Of a DNA stretch of 64,000 nucleotides, positions 9,824-20,670 are shown piece after piece. The stretch covers positions 800,001 to 864,000 of the forward strand of contig CAVSBO010000003.1 of the NCBI GenBank assembly GCA_963726195.1, read 5' to 3'. This stretch comes from Candidatus Thorarchaeota archaeon. GTDB lineage: Archaea > Asgardarchaeota > Thorarchaeia > Thorarchaeales > Thorarchaeaceae. A model generated the notes under the pieces. That model saw only the letters and a list, made by a program, of their open reading frames with translations. It did not search any database and had not been told where the DNA came from. Numbering within the stretch: the first letter of the stretch is position 1; each line of letters begins with the position of its first letter. The translations under genes and the position numbers were made by a program.

Positions 9824-11062
9824 TCACCTCTTTTGCGGAAGTCTGCGCGCGATGAAGACTGTAAGATCCTCAACGTCAATCTCGCTGCCAGCACGGAATA
9901 GGTTGCTCTCAATCTGCGCTGTGCACAGTGGGCAGGGTGCGACGAGTGTATCGGCTTCGGTAGAGGAAATCGCAGCAACGTTCTCTGCGATTACTGCATC
10001 GGCCACGTCTCTTGCGTGATACCCTACCATTCCTCCACCGCCGCAGCAAGAGTCTGACATACCAGATTCCTCGATTGTGACGCCGGGGATGAGATTCAGA
10101 ATAGCACGTGCCTGCTGTGCTATCTGTCGTGATGTATGTCTTATGAGGTGGCACGGGTCATGAACGGTCACCTTTGCGGGGGTTAACTTGGCTCGGCCCC
10201 TGAATGAGCGTGAGACCTTGTTGAACCCAACCTCCTCAGCAAGGAACTCGATCATGTGATACACTGGCACGCCCCAACCATCACGCGCACTAACATCGGA
10301 CAGATTAGAAGTGCAACCAGCACAAGTCGTGACTATCTTCTTCACACCGAGCGATTTCACCTTGTCCTGCAGACGGCTGGCTAGCAACCTCGCGGTATCG
10401 TCGTCGCCAATCAGTTTCGCAGGAAGACCGCAACAACTCATCTGGTCAAGCAGAGTATAGTTGATTCCGAAGTAGCTTAGGATATACTTGGCAGCTTCCT
10501 TTACTTCCTGAGCTCGTTCCTCAGCTTGGCATCCAGGATAGAACAGCACATCTGCCCCAGCCGCTACATGATCGGGGACAGAAGGCAATCCTAGTGTCTC
10601 AAGCCGGGCCTTGCGGCTTTCGGACTTCTCTTGCTGGTCTTCCCAAGGTTCGAAAGCGAGTGAATATTTGACAATTATCTCACGCACATCAAGCAGCGCC
10701 TTCGGAACCAGCTCTGGTCGCTGTGCGAGGATCCTCGCACGAATCAGACTGACTACTTCGGGTATGTTCACCTTTTTCGGGCACACTTCCCGGCAAGTAC
10801 CGCAGCCAGTGCACAGGTATACTTTGTCAGCAGTCGCCCAGAACTCAGGGGGTGAGCGGCTCAGTTCCATTGCGATGCTTCTTGGACCACTGAACCTTTC
10901 GACACCGACCGCCTTCACGACTGGGCAATGGCCTATGCATATACCACAGTTGATACAGCTCTCAACGGAAAGGACTGCCTGGAGCTCGGTCTTGTTGAAG
11001 GGCTGAATTCGTTCCGTCTTCAGCGTACCCTTAACAAACTGGAAAGCTTCCTCGTCGCTCAT
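9824..11062 (-). CDS. glpC: Anaerobic glycerol-3-phosphate dehydrogenase subunit C-like (Fe-S/CCG)
   Basis: CINCGICIGHCP, CTGCGTCREVCP, two CCG domains; follows glpB. Confidence 0.8.
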   Translation of the reverse strand: MSDEEAFQFVKGTLKTERIQPFNKTELQAVLSVESCINCGICIGHCPVVKAVGVERFSGPRSIAMELSRSPPEFWATADKVYLCTGCGTCREVCPKKVNIPEVVSLIRARILAQRPELVPKALLDVREIIVKYSLAFEPWEDQQEKSESRKARLETLGLPSVPDHVAAGADVLFYPGCQAEERAQEVKEAAKYILSYFGINYTLLDQMSCCGLPAKLIGDDDTARLLASRLQDKVKSLGVKKIVTTCAGCTSNLSDVSARDGWGVPVYHMIEFLAEEVGFNKVSRSFRGRAKLTPAKVTVHDPCHLIRHTSRQIAQQARAILNLIPGVTIEESGMSDSCCGGGGMVGYHARDVADAVIAENVAAISSTEADTLVAPCPLCTAQIESNLFRAGSEIDVEDLTVFIARRLPQKR

Positions 11063-12432
11063 GAGAGCACCCCCTTGACATAGTCTGCCGCATTTGTGCC
11101 AGCCGCGTAGCCTGTTGCGAGTGCAACTCCCAGTCCGCTTTTCTCCGCTGGATAGTTGTAGCGAGAGAGAATCGAGCCCGCAGCGAAGACGTTGTCAGCT
11201 ACAGGCTGGCCATCGATGCCCGTCGGTCTAAACTTGCTGTCGAAAGCAACACCGACCCCAAAGAGGGAGTGGCCTTCAGAGCTCAGTGCCAAGATGTTGG
11301 TATAATGTTGAGGCCTCGTGTCTTCGGTCTGGTATGATTCGACATCCACGACAGGCAATCCCATGAGTGTCTCACTGAATCCTTTCTCATCGCCCTTGAG
11401 GCCTCCTCCAATGAACTTGCCCGATGCGAGCACAACCGCCGAGGGGGCTATTTTGAAAGCCCGCCGAGGAGTTTTGATACTAACACTCTCGACATGTCCT
11501 TCATGTCTATCAACAGAGACAGCCTCTTGACCAATGAGCAGACTGCCTCCATCGCTGGTTAAGGCAGCTTCCAAGGCATTCTGCAGTCTGAGTCCGGGCA
11601 CCGACGGCGGAAATGCAAGGAGTTCGAAAACCTTCGCACCGGTCTTGTCTTCAAGCTCCGACTTGTTTGCCCTTGCCCGACGTAGTCCCAAGACAGGAGG
11701 CAAAGCGATATAGTCAGCGCCAGTGCTTTTCACGTGCTCTCTCAACGTCTTTGCCAATTGCACAAAGCTATCTTCTCGATCCATGTACCGAGCAATATCG
11801 AAAGAGGAGATATTCCGGGGCTGCCCAAAAGGTAGCAAGTCTACTGAACAGTTTGCCACTCTTCTAGGCCTGTTCTCTCCCGGGAGCCGGCTGTCTAGGA
11901 AATTCTTGGCAGCAATGGAGGAATTGCAGTCGGGAAGACCACGAAATCCAACGAAAAGCACAATGCTGTCCTTCCAATCATCAGAACCTTCAACGAGCAT
12001 TGTTTCTTGCACTAGAGCTGTTGGCTTGGAGGAGCCCAGAAGTGTCACAGCCTGAATGCTATGTCCAAGGTCTCCGACCAATGCAGACGATGAGCCATTC
12101 AGCTTGCCCTTGAGCCATTCGATAGACTCGCCAACGCGTGCTACCACTCTTCCTGGGTCGCTAGGAAGCCCCTCGTCCGAATAGCCGAGTACAGAATACG
12201 GGTGAAGAGGATAAATTTCCGATACTGCATTTAGCCCCTCGATTGCGTTCGTGAAGGGAGTGCTCGCACCCGGCAGGTAGCCCATGATGTCCAGAGCGCC
12301 AGATGAGATAGCAGTCGCGCCTTGACCCTTGCGGAGCACAACGACTTTCAGACCTGCTTCTGCACCAACCATGCCCGCGACGAGACCTGCCATGCCTCCG
12401 CCGATGACAAGTAGGTCAGCCTTGATATCCAT
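11059..12432 (-). CDS. glpB: Anaerobic glycerol-3-phosphate dehydrogenase subunit B
   Basis: GGGMAG, SSGALD, PPSVPGLRL, LASGKFIGGGL, E.SGLGVALATGY. Confidence 0.9.
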   Translation of the reverse strand: MDIKADLLVIGGGMAGLVAGMVGAEAGLKVVVLRKGQGATAISSGALDIMGYLPGASTPFTNAIEGLNAVSEIYPLHPYSVLGYSDEGLPSDPGRVVARVGESIEWLKGKLNGSSSALVGDLGHSIQAVTLLGSSKPTALVQETMLVEGSDDWKDSIVLFVGFRGLPDCNSSIAAKNFLDSRLPGENRPRRVANCSVDLLPFGQPRNISSFDIARYMDREDSFVQLAKTLREHVKSTGADYIALPPVLGLRRARANKSELEDKTGAKVFELLAFPPSVPGLRLQNALEAALTSDGGSLLIGQEAVSVDRHEGHVESVSIKTPRRAFKIAPSAVVLASGKFIGGGLKGDEKGFSETLMGLPVVDVESYQTEDTRPQHYTNILALSSEGHSLFGVGVAFDSKFRPTGIDGQPVADNVFAAGSILSRYNYPAEKSGLGVALATGYAAGTNAADYVKGVLS

Positions 12433-14084
12433 CTAACTCGTCTCCTCCCAAGGCTTTGTCTCGTACCTTGCGTCGGTTCGGTCCAAGTTGGCCACGCAGG
12501 CATAGATTCCTTGCACGACTTCCTCTTGACTCAGCTGTTCGCCTCTCATGGGCGGTCTCTTGCCCTTCCATCGCTCTGCCAAGTAGTCTAGTATTTCCAG
12601 CTGGAATTGCTCTGCAGAGAGTTCAAGCTCATCGGCCAAGATAGCCGCGGCCTTGAACGTGCAGAGAGTGCCTTGGCAAGGTCCGGTACCTAGCCTGACA
12701 CGTCTCCTAAGATCGTTCAGCGTCTGAGGAAACTCCTCACGTATCGCATACCTAATCTCTGCTTCAATAACTGGCTCACAAGCACATATGGTTGAGAGCC
12801 ACTCTGGATGGTCCCGGCTGAGCTCCAACACCTTTCCCAACTCGGTGCCTCTCCTCGCCCTTAGTCTCTCAACTGCATGGCGAGAGATATTGTACTGGGC
12901 TGCCAATGCAAGCACGTCAACGCTTGCCTCGTTCCCGGGCAACGGCTCAGTGTGCGTCGTACACTTGACATCCTTGCCGAGCTTCTTGCAGACCATGTCC
13001 GTGACAGCTTCGGCCATGTGACGACACATCACAAGCTTGCCTCCAGCAAAGCTCAGAAACCCGTCCATGCCTTCCGATGCATGATCAACCACCTGATAGC
13101 CACGAGTCACCTTTCCTTCCGGCATTTTCCACTGAGCCACGAGAGGGCGTGCACCCTCCATGGTTCTGATTATCCGAGCTTCTCTGATCGAAGGCACTAC
13201 CCATTCCATGCTTTTCAGAAGGTACTCTATCTCGTCGTAAGATGCGACCAAGGTGTCCGGGTCTTCCCAAGTATCCAGAGCAGTTGTGCCCAACAGCATT
13301 GTATTCTCATGCGGAAAGAGGTAAATCGTACGCCCATCGACTGCCCTAGCAATAATGCCGACGTTGACGACACGTCTGTCTAGAATCACGTGTGCACCCT
13401 TGTTCAAACGCAATTCGAGATGTGCCCCCAAGAGACCTGCGATTTGTCTGCCCAAGGACCCCCGGCGTTCACAACCACTCGTGCGGCCACAGACTCCTTC
13501 CCGGCGGTAAGCCTATTGAAGAAGTGAACCGCAATCATATTGTTTGCATCTTTCTTTATGTCAGTGACCTCGCAGTAAGTGCGGACGTCTGCGCCGTGTC
13601 TGCGAGCATCTAGTGCTTGGAGCATGCATAGACGAAATGGGTCAATGAAGTACTCCTCGAAATACATTGAAGCAATGAGCTCTGGGTTCAGCTTGGGCTC
13701 AATCTTTAGCGAATCCTCAGGGGTGAGAAACAGAACGGGGGGAACATCTCGACTAGCTGACCGTTTCGAGTACTCTTCGGCGAAACTACCTCCGCTCGAT
13801 AGGTCACTCATTTCGAGCATAGGAGTGAGGATTGGATTCTTCATTATGATGTTCTGGGCTATTCGTTTGAAGTACACTACTTCCTGAGAGCACATGTCAA
13901 CGATATCAGGCTCCTCCATGTACTTCAGACCGGATGATATCATGCCAGCACAGGTTCCAACTGTCGCCGATGCTATGTCGTCACGTTCCAGCATTATGGT
14001 CTTCAGGCCGCGCAGTGCGCAGTCACGGGCAACAGCCGTCCCTGTGCTGCCACCGCCGATGACAATCACATCATACTCATTCAT
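12433..14084 (-). CDS. glpA: Anaerobic glycerol-3-phosphate dehydrogenase subunit A, frameshift ~13440
   Basis: GGGSTG..ARDCALRG, IDPFRL, VNAGGPWAD then KGAH, G.RPL, GGKL, ICACEPV, RLGTGPCQG..C. Confidence 0.9.
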
Positions 14085-14304
14085 TGAGGTCTATGCTCCA
14101 GTCAGTGGTTGACAAGGGATTCCCATGTTCCTCAGCTCTTGCACTTCGACAGTAGTACAACAGTATTGTCGCGAATAGAAGCGTTTCGGATAATGGTGTC
14201 TCGGACGAGACAAATCCAGTGAATGAGACTGAGCTGACTGGAGCGCTCACCTAGTGAGGGTGCGCATCATCTTTCTGTTGGCAAGGCGCTTTACATCAAC
14301 GGTG

Positions 14305-15771
14305 TTAGCTTGTGGCCTCGAGCAATCCAGACATCTCAGCCATCAGGATTTTGTTGAAGGTTCCATACCGTTGCTCGTAGACTGCCACGTTCTCAGGAAT
14401 AGGCTCTCTTCGCTCTTCTATGTGAAGCATGTTCTCAATCGCTTCATCATACGAGTTGTAGGCACCAGTTCCTACTGCTGCCAGTACGGCGGCCCCAACG
14501 GCTGTGGAGTCACGACAACGTGGGAGCACAACTGGTTTGTTGGCACAATCAGCCTGAATTTGCCGCCACAGGGGGGAATTCGCTCCACCTCCATCAATTC
14601 GTAGTTCCTCGAACTCCAAGTCAAGCAAACCCTGCATTGCGTCAATGTAGAACTTGATCCCATAGCCGTTCGACTCCATGATTGCTCGGGCCAAGTGGGC
14701 CTTTGTATGACTGAAGTTAAGGCCGTCAATGATACCCCTGCCGTACGCAAAGAACGGGAAGACAACGACACCATCGCTGCCAGCTGGCACTGTCCGTGCA
14801 GAATCCTCAATGACCTCGTACAGGTCTCTGTTTGTCTGGGCCGCGATTGCCGTCTCGTGCTCGCAATACTGATCTATGTACCACTTGTAAGCCAGACCGG
14901 TTCCTGGAAGAACTCCCTCTAGAATCCACTTTCCGGGTATTGCGGCAGGATTGCTGAACATCACATAGGGATCATCGATGTGACCGTCCGTAGGAGTGAC
15001 GACGAATGTACCAGTTCCTGTCGTCGCCTTGACAATGCCCGATTTGATGGTTCCAGTTCCAAGTGCTGAACACTGTTGGTCGCCGCTCCCCATGACGACT
15101 ATCGTCCCCTTTCTCAAACCAGTCGCCTTGGCAGCCTCGACGCTCACCTCGCCGATAACCGAGCCGGGGGCCACGATATCCGTAAGCTTGTCCATTGGAA
15201 TCCCAGTGGTTTGACACAACTCTTGGGACCACTTGAGCGTCTCATAATCAATTGGCCCGTACCTAGCACCTGCAGGATCAGTGACCATGGCTCCGCACAG
15301 TCGGTAGTTCAGAAAAGCGTCTAGGGCCACGAACTTGTAGGCCTTCTTGAAGAGATCCGGCTTGTTCTCAATGAACCACATCAGCTTGTGTACCGTCTTT
15401 TGAGGACCGATTTCCGCTGCCATCGCTTTGCTCTTCGCAGTAGACCTGTTGTCAACCCATGTCACCGTTGGAGCAAGAGGGAGTCCCTTCCTGTCAATGG
15501 GAGTTATGCAGTCTCTGGTCGTTGCTAACACAACGGCTACGACAGCTTGTGCGCCTGAGGGATGACCAGCCAATGCTCTTTGCATCGTGTTTACTGCAGT
15601 CCTCCAGTAGGTCTCAGCTAGCTGTTCGTGCGTTTTCAGCTCGCGAGGAATCGGGGGATATTGCTCGTAGGCCTTGCTCAATTCTCGACCTTCCTCGTCA
15701 ATAAGACACGATCTCGCACCGGTTGTACCCACATCAAATACTGCAAAGACGCGTTGGCTCATGGCTCTCAC
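14305..15771 (-). CDS. FGGY-family carbohydrate kinase
   Basis: FDVGTTGAR, TWVDNR, GDQQCSALG, TGTGTF, DGGGANS..WRQIQAD. Confidence 0.92.
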   Translation of the reverse strand: MRAMSQRVFAVFDVGTTGARSCLIDEEGRELSKAYEQYPPIPRELKTHEQLAETYWRTAVNTMQRALAGHPSGAQAVVAVVLATTRDCITPIDRKGLPLAPTVTWVDNRSTAKSKAMAAEIGPQKTVHKLMWFIENKPDLFKKAYKFVALDAFLNYRLCGAMVTDPAGARYGPIDYETLKWSQELCQTTGIPMDKLTDIVAPGSVIGEVSVEAAKATGLRKGTIVVMGSGDQQCSALGTGTIKSGIVKATTGTGTFVVTPTDGHIDDPYVMFSNPAAIPGKWILEGVLPGTGLAYKWYIDQYCEHETAIAAQTNRDLYEVIEDSARTVPAGSDGVVVFPFFAYGRGIIDGLNFSHTKAHLARAIMESNGYGIKFYIDAMQGLLDLEFEELRIDGGGANSPLWRQIQADCANKPVVLPRCRDSTAVGAAVLAAVGTGAYNSYDEAIENMLHIEERREPIPENVAVYEQRYGTFNKILMAEMSGLLEATS

Positions 15772-15869
15772 TATTCAATATTGATGTTCTAGGAGAGGTC
15801 AAATCCACGATATGAACTATCCGACGGAGAAAGTTATCTGTTCAATGCATCTGACTCAAACTACACAGA

Positions 15870-16805
15870 ATGTCAGAAGACTATCCTGTCCATATAGAGA
15901 TCCAGCCTCACGTTCATCTGATTCGAGGAGCAAACAGAGCCAAATTCCCTGAGGCAAACGCGCTCTTGATAGACGATGAGGTTCTCACTTTGGTTGATGC
16001 TGGGCCAAGCAAGAGCCACGTTGTGAAGACGCTGACAGACATTGGTCGTTCTGTGAAGGATTTGGACCGCATAGTGCTGACGCATTTTCACATAGACCAC
16101 AAAGGGTATGCGGCCGAGCTCCAAGAGGAGTCGGGATGCGAATTGATGTGCCACCCGCTGGCTGAAAGGGGAGTTCGCACGTTCGGAGGAATGGTTCAGG
16201 ACTACGGAATCAAGGGTAACCCCATGTATTCGGATTGGATATCCGCCATAACCACTTGGCTACCACACGTGACCTCAGATTATGAGGTTACAGGATTCTT
16301 CTCGGACGACAAGCCAATAGACTGTGGAGAGACTCAACTGATACCCGTGCACACGCCCGGGCATACTCCTGACCACACTTGCTTTGGGATAAATGATTAC
16401 GAGACTCTGTTGGTAGTGGACATTGATTTGACAAGGTTCGGCCCGTGGTACGGCAATGTCGTAAGTGACATCGAACAGTTTGAATCTTCTATCAGGAAGA
16501 TAATGGAGATATCGCCAAGAACGTGCATAAGCAGTCACTTGTTGAACCCAGTAACGGAGGACGTTCAGGGAAGGTTAGCGGAGTTTCTAGCGGCCTTCGA
16601 AAGGCGTGATGAGATAATACTGGAGCTAGTAGACAGCGGTCTTGATAGCTTGGAAAAGCTCGTGAACCGCCCAACCATATACCCCAAGTTTCCTCACCCC
16701 ATCTACTATATCTTCGAGGAGTTCATGGTCCAAAAGCATCTTGACAGGCTCGTGAAACGGGGTCTCATTACGATCGAAGACGACAAGATAGTGCGCAATA
16801 GGTAG
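15870..16805 (+). CDS. MBL-fold metallo-hydrolase
   Basis: LVDAG, THFHIDH, HTPGHT, SSH. Confidence 0.9.
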   Translation: MSEDYPVHIEIQPHVHLIRGANRAKFPEANALLIDDEVLTLVDAGPSKSHVVKTLTDIGRSVKDLDRIVLTHFHIDHKGYAAELQEESGCELMCHPLAERGVRTFGGMVQDYGIKGNPMYSDWISAITTWLPHVTSDYEVTGFFSDDKPIDCGETQLIPVHTPGHTPDHTCFGINDYETLLVVDIDLTRFGPWYGNVVSDIEQFESSIRKIMEISPRTCISSHLLNPVTEDVQGRLAEFLAAFERRDEIILELVDSGLDSLEKLVNRPTIYPKFPHPIYYIFEEFMVQKHLDRLVKRGLITIEDDKIVRNR

Positions 16806-16832
16806 AGGCGAGAGAGAATCTCGCCTTGGTTT

Positions 16833-17621
16833 CTACCTATGAGAAAACTTTGGAGTACGTTTGGATAGAAACGCGTCCACTCCTTCGACCTTGTCCTTGG
16901 TGTCAAAGGTCTGTCTGAACACATCGACCTCAAACTTCAGATTCTGCCCAAGTGGTAACTCCCATGACTTGTTTATTGACTGCTTTGCAAGCTTCACTGC
17001 AACTCCGGGTTTTGTTGCCAGAGTCTTTGCCAGTTTGAGAGTCTCAGTCCTAAGAGATTCGACTGTGTCGAAGACCTTGTTCACAAGTCCTATCCTTAGA
17101 GCCTCATCGGCCTTTATTTGATCACCAGTGAGTATCATTTCCTTGGCAATCCCAAGTCCCACGAGTCTCGGGAGCCGAGCAGTTCCTCCGTAGCCGGGTG
17201 TGATTCCAAGATTTATCTCAGGTTGGCCAAATTTCGCATTCGCCGAGGCGTACCTGATATCGCATGCCATCGCTATCTCACAACCTCCACCCAGTGCGAA
17301 TCCATTCACTGATGCAATGACAGGCTTACTCATTGATTCGATGAACTTGCAGAGGTCCTGACCGTTCTCTACGAGCGGTCTCACGGTGTCCGAGTTCTTG
17401 TCCTTGAACTCGGTGATGTCCGCACCGGCAGCAAAGGCCTTGTCCTCAGCACTCGTGAGGATGACGACTCTAACAGACGGATCATTTTCGGCCTTGAAGA
17501 AGAGGCCCCTTATTGCCTTGATCACATCCATGTTCAGCGCGTTAAGCTTCTTTGGGCGATTGATCGTTATTGTCGCAACGCCCTCAGCTACTTGGTATAG
17601 AACTTCTTGTTCGGATGACAT
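16833..17621 (-). CDS. Enoyl-CoA hydratase/crotonase
   Basis: NRPKKLNALN, AFAAGADI, GFALGGGCE, GQPEINLG..PGYGG. Confidence 0.95.
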   Translation of the reverse strand: MSSEQEVLYQVAEGVATITINRPKKLNALNMDVIKAIRGLFFKAENDPSVRVVILTSAEDKAFAAGADITEFKDKNSDTVRPLVENGQDLCKFIESMSKPVIASVNGFALGGGCEIAMACDIRYASANAKFGQPEINLGITPGYGGTARLPRLVGLGIAKEMILTGDQIKADEALRIGLVNKVFDTVESLRTETLKLAKTLATKPGVAVKLAKQSINKSWELPLGQNLKFEVDVFRQTFDTKDKVEGVDAFLSKRTPKFSHR

Positions 17622-17741
17622 GTTGCTCGCCTTCCTAGTGAGCTATGTCAGGCCAGATACTCCGTATTAAGGGTTCGGCCTAGAAGAAACTGAAAGACTA
17701 AAGATGATAAGAGAGTTGACAGAAAAACAGGGAAAATCATG

Positions 17742-17774
17742 CAAAAGGAAGGGGTCGCCGATACTCGACGACCC
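17742..17774 (-). terminator. Hairpin plus T-rich tract downstream of the DUF35 gene
   Basis: GGGTCG..CGACCC stem 17752-17774 followed on the minus strand by TTCCTTTTG. Confidence 0.45.
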
Positions 17775-17798
17775 TCCACTGTCTTACACTGTCACATG

Positions 17799-18215
17799 CT
17801 AGACTTGCCACTTGTAGGTGACCATCTTCTCTGAGACTTTCTCGAAGCTGAGCTTGAGTTTCATCCCAACCTGAGGCTCGCTCGTCAAGTTGGTGATATG
17901 TGCAGTGAGCCTTCGACCGGACGGAAATTCCCCAATCGCCACGACATACGGCGCGCGAGAGGCCATGCTCTCCGGAGCAAAGTCAACTATAACGTAAGAA
18001 TAGAGCTTCGCTTCGCGCTCAGTGAATTCGACCAGCTGACATTCAGTAAGGTCCTTCTGACAATATTGCCTTGGCGGAAGGTATTCCTTCTTGCATTTGG
18101 GGCAGACGCTCTTCATCAGCTTGTTCTTCTCGAGAGACTCAAGAAATTGCCTGAAGAAGGGGGTCACTGCCTTGTCCGTTGAATAACCCAAGTAGAGTTC
18201 TCTTTCAGCTGCCAT
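17799..18215 (-). CDS. DUF35 Zn-ribbon/OB-fold thiolase partner
   Basis: CPKC..YLPPR..C, OB-fold; coupled to the thiolase stop codon. Confidence 0.9.
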   Translation of the reverse strand: MAAERELYLGYSTDKAVTPFFRQFLESLEKNKLMKSVCPKCKKEYLPPRQYCQKDLTECQLVEFTEREAKLYSYVIVDFAPESMASRAPYVVAIGEFPSGRRLTAHITNLTSEPQVGMKLKLSFEKVSEKMVTYKWQV

Positions 18216-19384
18216 TACGACCAACCCCTCTCGTAGATGATTACATTCACGAACTGTCCGCTCTGGCCCACATTGTGTACAAGGCCGTACTTGACATTCT
18301 TAATCTGCCTTGATGGCTTGTCGGCCTTTCCCCTCATCTGAGCCATGACTTCGTAGGTCATTGAGATTCCTGTGGCACCCAGAGGATGGCCTTTGCTCTT
18401 GAGACCTCCATCACAGTTGACAGGAATTCTTCCCGTGTGGTACACATCCTTGTTCTCGATGAGCTGTCTTCCCTTACCAGGTTCCGCGAATCCCAGATCC
18501 TCGTAGGCTATCAGCTCTGCAATCGAGAAGCAGTCGTGCACCTCTGCCATGTTGATGTCCTTTGGTTGGAGACCGGCCATCTTGTATGCAGCGGCTGCCG
18601 CCCTCTTTGCTCCTGGTATGGAGGTCATGGTCGGACGATCTTGAACCATCATGTCTGAGGCGCCAGCTCCCATGCCTTTGATCCACATGGGCTGATCAGT
18701 GAATTCCTTGACACGTGGTTCAGCTACAAGCACGACTGCGGCCGATCCATCTGTGATGAGGCTGCAGTCATACAGATTCAATGGTCTTGCAATTGGAACT
18801 GCATTATTAGCTTCCTCGAGTGTTACTTCCTTGGGCAGGTGAGCCTTCGGATTCTGTGCACCATAATGATGAGACTTCACGGAGATCATGGAAAGCACTT
18901 CATGTGGCATCTTGTACTCAGCCATGTACCGTGAAGCTAGCAGCGCATAGAATGCAGGGAAAGATATACCATAAGGATACTCCCACCGCATGTCTCCCGC
19001 GCGCGACATGTACTCAGTCGCCGTCGCAGAAGACACCCTGTTCATCTGCTCACAACCGAGTACTAGCATCACATCGTACAGCCCTGAGGCAACCATTCCG
19101 TATGCGGCCCTGATAGAGGCTGTGCCCGTTGCACATGCAGACTCGACTCTCAGGTGAGGCTTCTCTTGCAGACCTATGGAGTCTGCCATCAGAGCAGATC
19201 CAGCACCTTGACCCGTGAACTGTGACGCAGCATAAGAGAGGACTGTCGCATCAATGCGGTCCTGAGTGATACCCGCATCATAGATGGGCTTGTAGGCCTC
19301 GGCGCAGAGCTCTCTCAATGTTGCATCATAGCGTTTCCCGAATTTTGAGTGGCCCCCGGCCACTACTGCAACTCTTCTAGTCAT
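18215..19384 (-). CDS. Thiolase (SCP-x-like archaeal type)
   Basis: VESACATG, EVHDCF, GGLKSKGHPLGATG. Confidence 0.95.
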   Translation of the reverse strand: MTRRVAVVAGGHSKFGKRYDATLRELCAEAYKPIYDAGITQDRIDATVLSYAASQFTGQGAGSALMADSIGLQEKPHLRVESACATGTASIRAAYGMVASGLYDVMLVLGCEQMNRVSSATATEYMSRAGDMRWEYPYGISFPAFYALLASRYMAEYKMPHEVLSMISVKSHHYGAQNPKAHLPKEVTLEEANNAVPIARPLNLYDCSLITDGSAAVVLVAEPRVKEFTDQPMWIKGMGAGASDMMVQDRPTMTSIPGAKRAAAAAYKMAGLQPKDINMAEVHDCFSIAELIAYEDLGFAEPGKGRQLIENKDVYHTGRIPVNCDGGLKSKGHPLGATGISMTYEVMAQMRGKADKPSRQIKNVKYGLVHNVGQSGQFVNVIIYERGWS

Positions 19385-19624
19385 TTCTTGTCCTCCGTAG
19401 GATTACCCTACTAGGTAACAGCAAACGTAGTGTGAGACGCTTGGCCTGAGTTGAAAATCCCGTTCACCTAGTCTTAAGGTTGACGATTCACCAGACCGCA
19501 TATGACCGCTTTCGATTGCAGATGCGACTGTGTACTCACAGAACAATCGTGAGAATAGTCAAGTGAGAAACGAGAGCCGTGATTTGCGGCAATTATGAAA
19601 CGTCGGACGCCACATTGTGGCACA

Positions 19625-19661
19625 GAAAAAGAACGGAGGACCCCGGACTGGGACCGGGGTC
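19625..19661 (-). terminator. Hairpin plus T-tract terminator after the ECH gene
   Basis: GACCCCGG-N7-CCGGGGTC (19639-19661), then TTCTTTTT on the minus strand. Confidence 0.6.
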
Positions 19662-19676
19662 ATGGTACACTAAGGT

Positions 19677-20501
19677 TTATGCTCCTGTGAACTTGCCACG
19701 CCGCTTTTCAAATACGGCAGCGACGCCTTCGCCGAGGTCCTTTGTCTTGAAGCACTCCACACATGCGTCGACTTCGTACTTCAAGTTGGCAGCATAGGTT
19801 CCTTCAAAGGCCATGTGAGTGGCCTTCTTGCCGAGCCTCATTCCGACAGGAGCGTTCCCTCCGAACTTGGCTCCGTACCACATAGCTTGGCTCATCAGCT
19901 CATCTACTTTGGTTACCTTGCTGAGGAGACCGGCTGCAAGAGCCTCTTGGGCAGTAAGCTGGCCTCCTGTCAGGATTAGTTCCATAGCCTTGCCCAAGCC
20001 GATTATTCTGGGCATCCTCACACACCCGCCCCAAGCCGGAAAGAGTCCGAGGCCAACCTCGGGCGTGCCAATCTTGGCTTCCTCGTCTGCAATACGGACA
20101 TCGCAAGCAAGCGCGATCTCCGTTCCACCACCAAGACAGAGTCCATGGATGGCTGCGATAACCGGCTTACTCAGCGTCGCAATCCTGTCAATGGCCTTCT
20201 GGCCCTGCTCTACGAGTGTTCTCACCTTCTCAGGTGTAGGAAGGTAGGACTGAACAATCTTAAGGTCGGCACCTGTGCAATACGCCTTATCGTGAGCAGT
20301 GCCTAATACCACTGACCTCACGTCCTTGTCCTTCTCAGCCTCGTCAAGAGCTGCCATCAGGTCTGCGATGAACTGATCATTGATAGCATTCAAGGCATCG
20401 AGCCTGTTGAACTTGATAACGGCCACGTTCTTCACCGGAGAGAGGAACGAGCCCTCTTTGCTGTACAGCATTGTCTTGAATTCGGGCATTCTTTCGACCA
20501 C
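19677..20501 (-). CDS. Enoyl-CoA hydratase/crotonase (second paralog)
   Basis: NRLDALNAIN, TGADL, GLCLGGGTE, PEVGLG..PAWGG. Confidence 0.93.
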   Translation of the reverse strand: MVERMPEFKTMLYSKEGSFLSPVKNVAVIKFNRLDALNAINDQFIADLMAALDEAEKDKDVRSVVLGTAHDKAYCTGADLKIVQSYLPTPEKVRTLVEQGQKAIDRIATLSKPVIAAIHGLCLGGGTEIALACDVRIADEEAKIGTPEVGLGLFPAWGGCVRMPRIIGLGKAMELILTGGQLTAQEALAAGLLSKVTKVDELMSQAMWYGAKFGGNAPVGMRLGKKATHMAFEGTYAANLKYEVDACVECFKTKDLGEGVAAVFEKRRGKFTGA

Positions 20502-20670
20502 CTAAGTGGAATTGTGCTGACCAAAGAAAAGCCACCTTATAAACACAAAGCCAGTCGTCGAAGTGGCCGCGACAAAACGGATTGAAATGGAATCTGCAGT
20601 CAGAAAAGACAGCCGAAATATCAGAAAGAGAATGATGGCAGAGTTGCTGCTCTGCCACCTTGTGTTGCAT

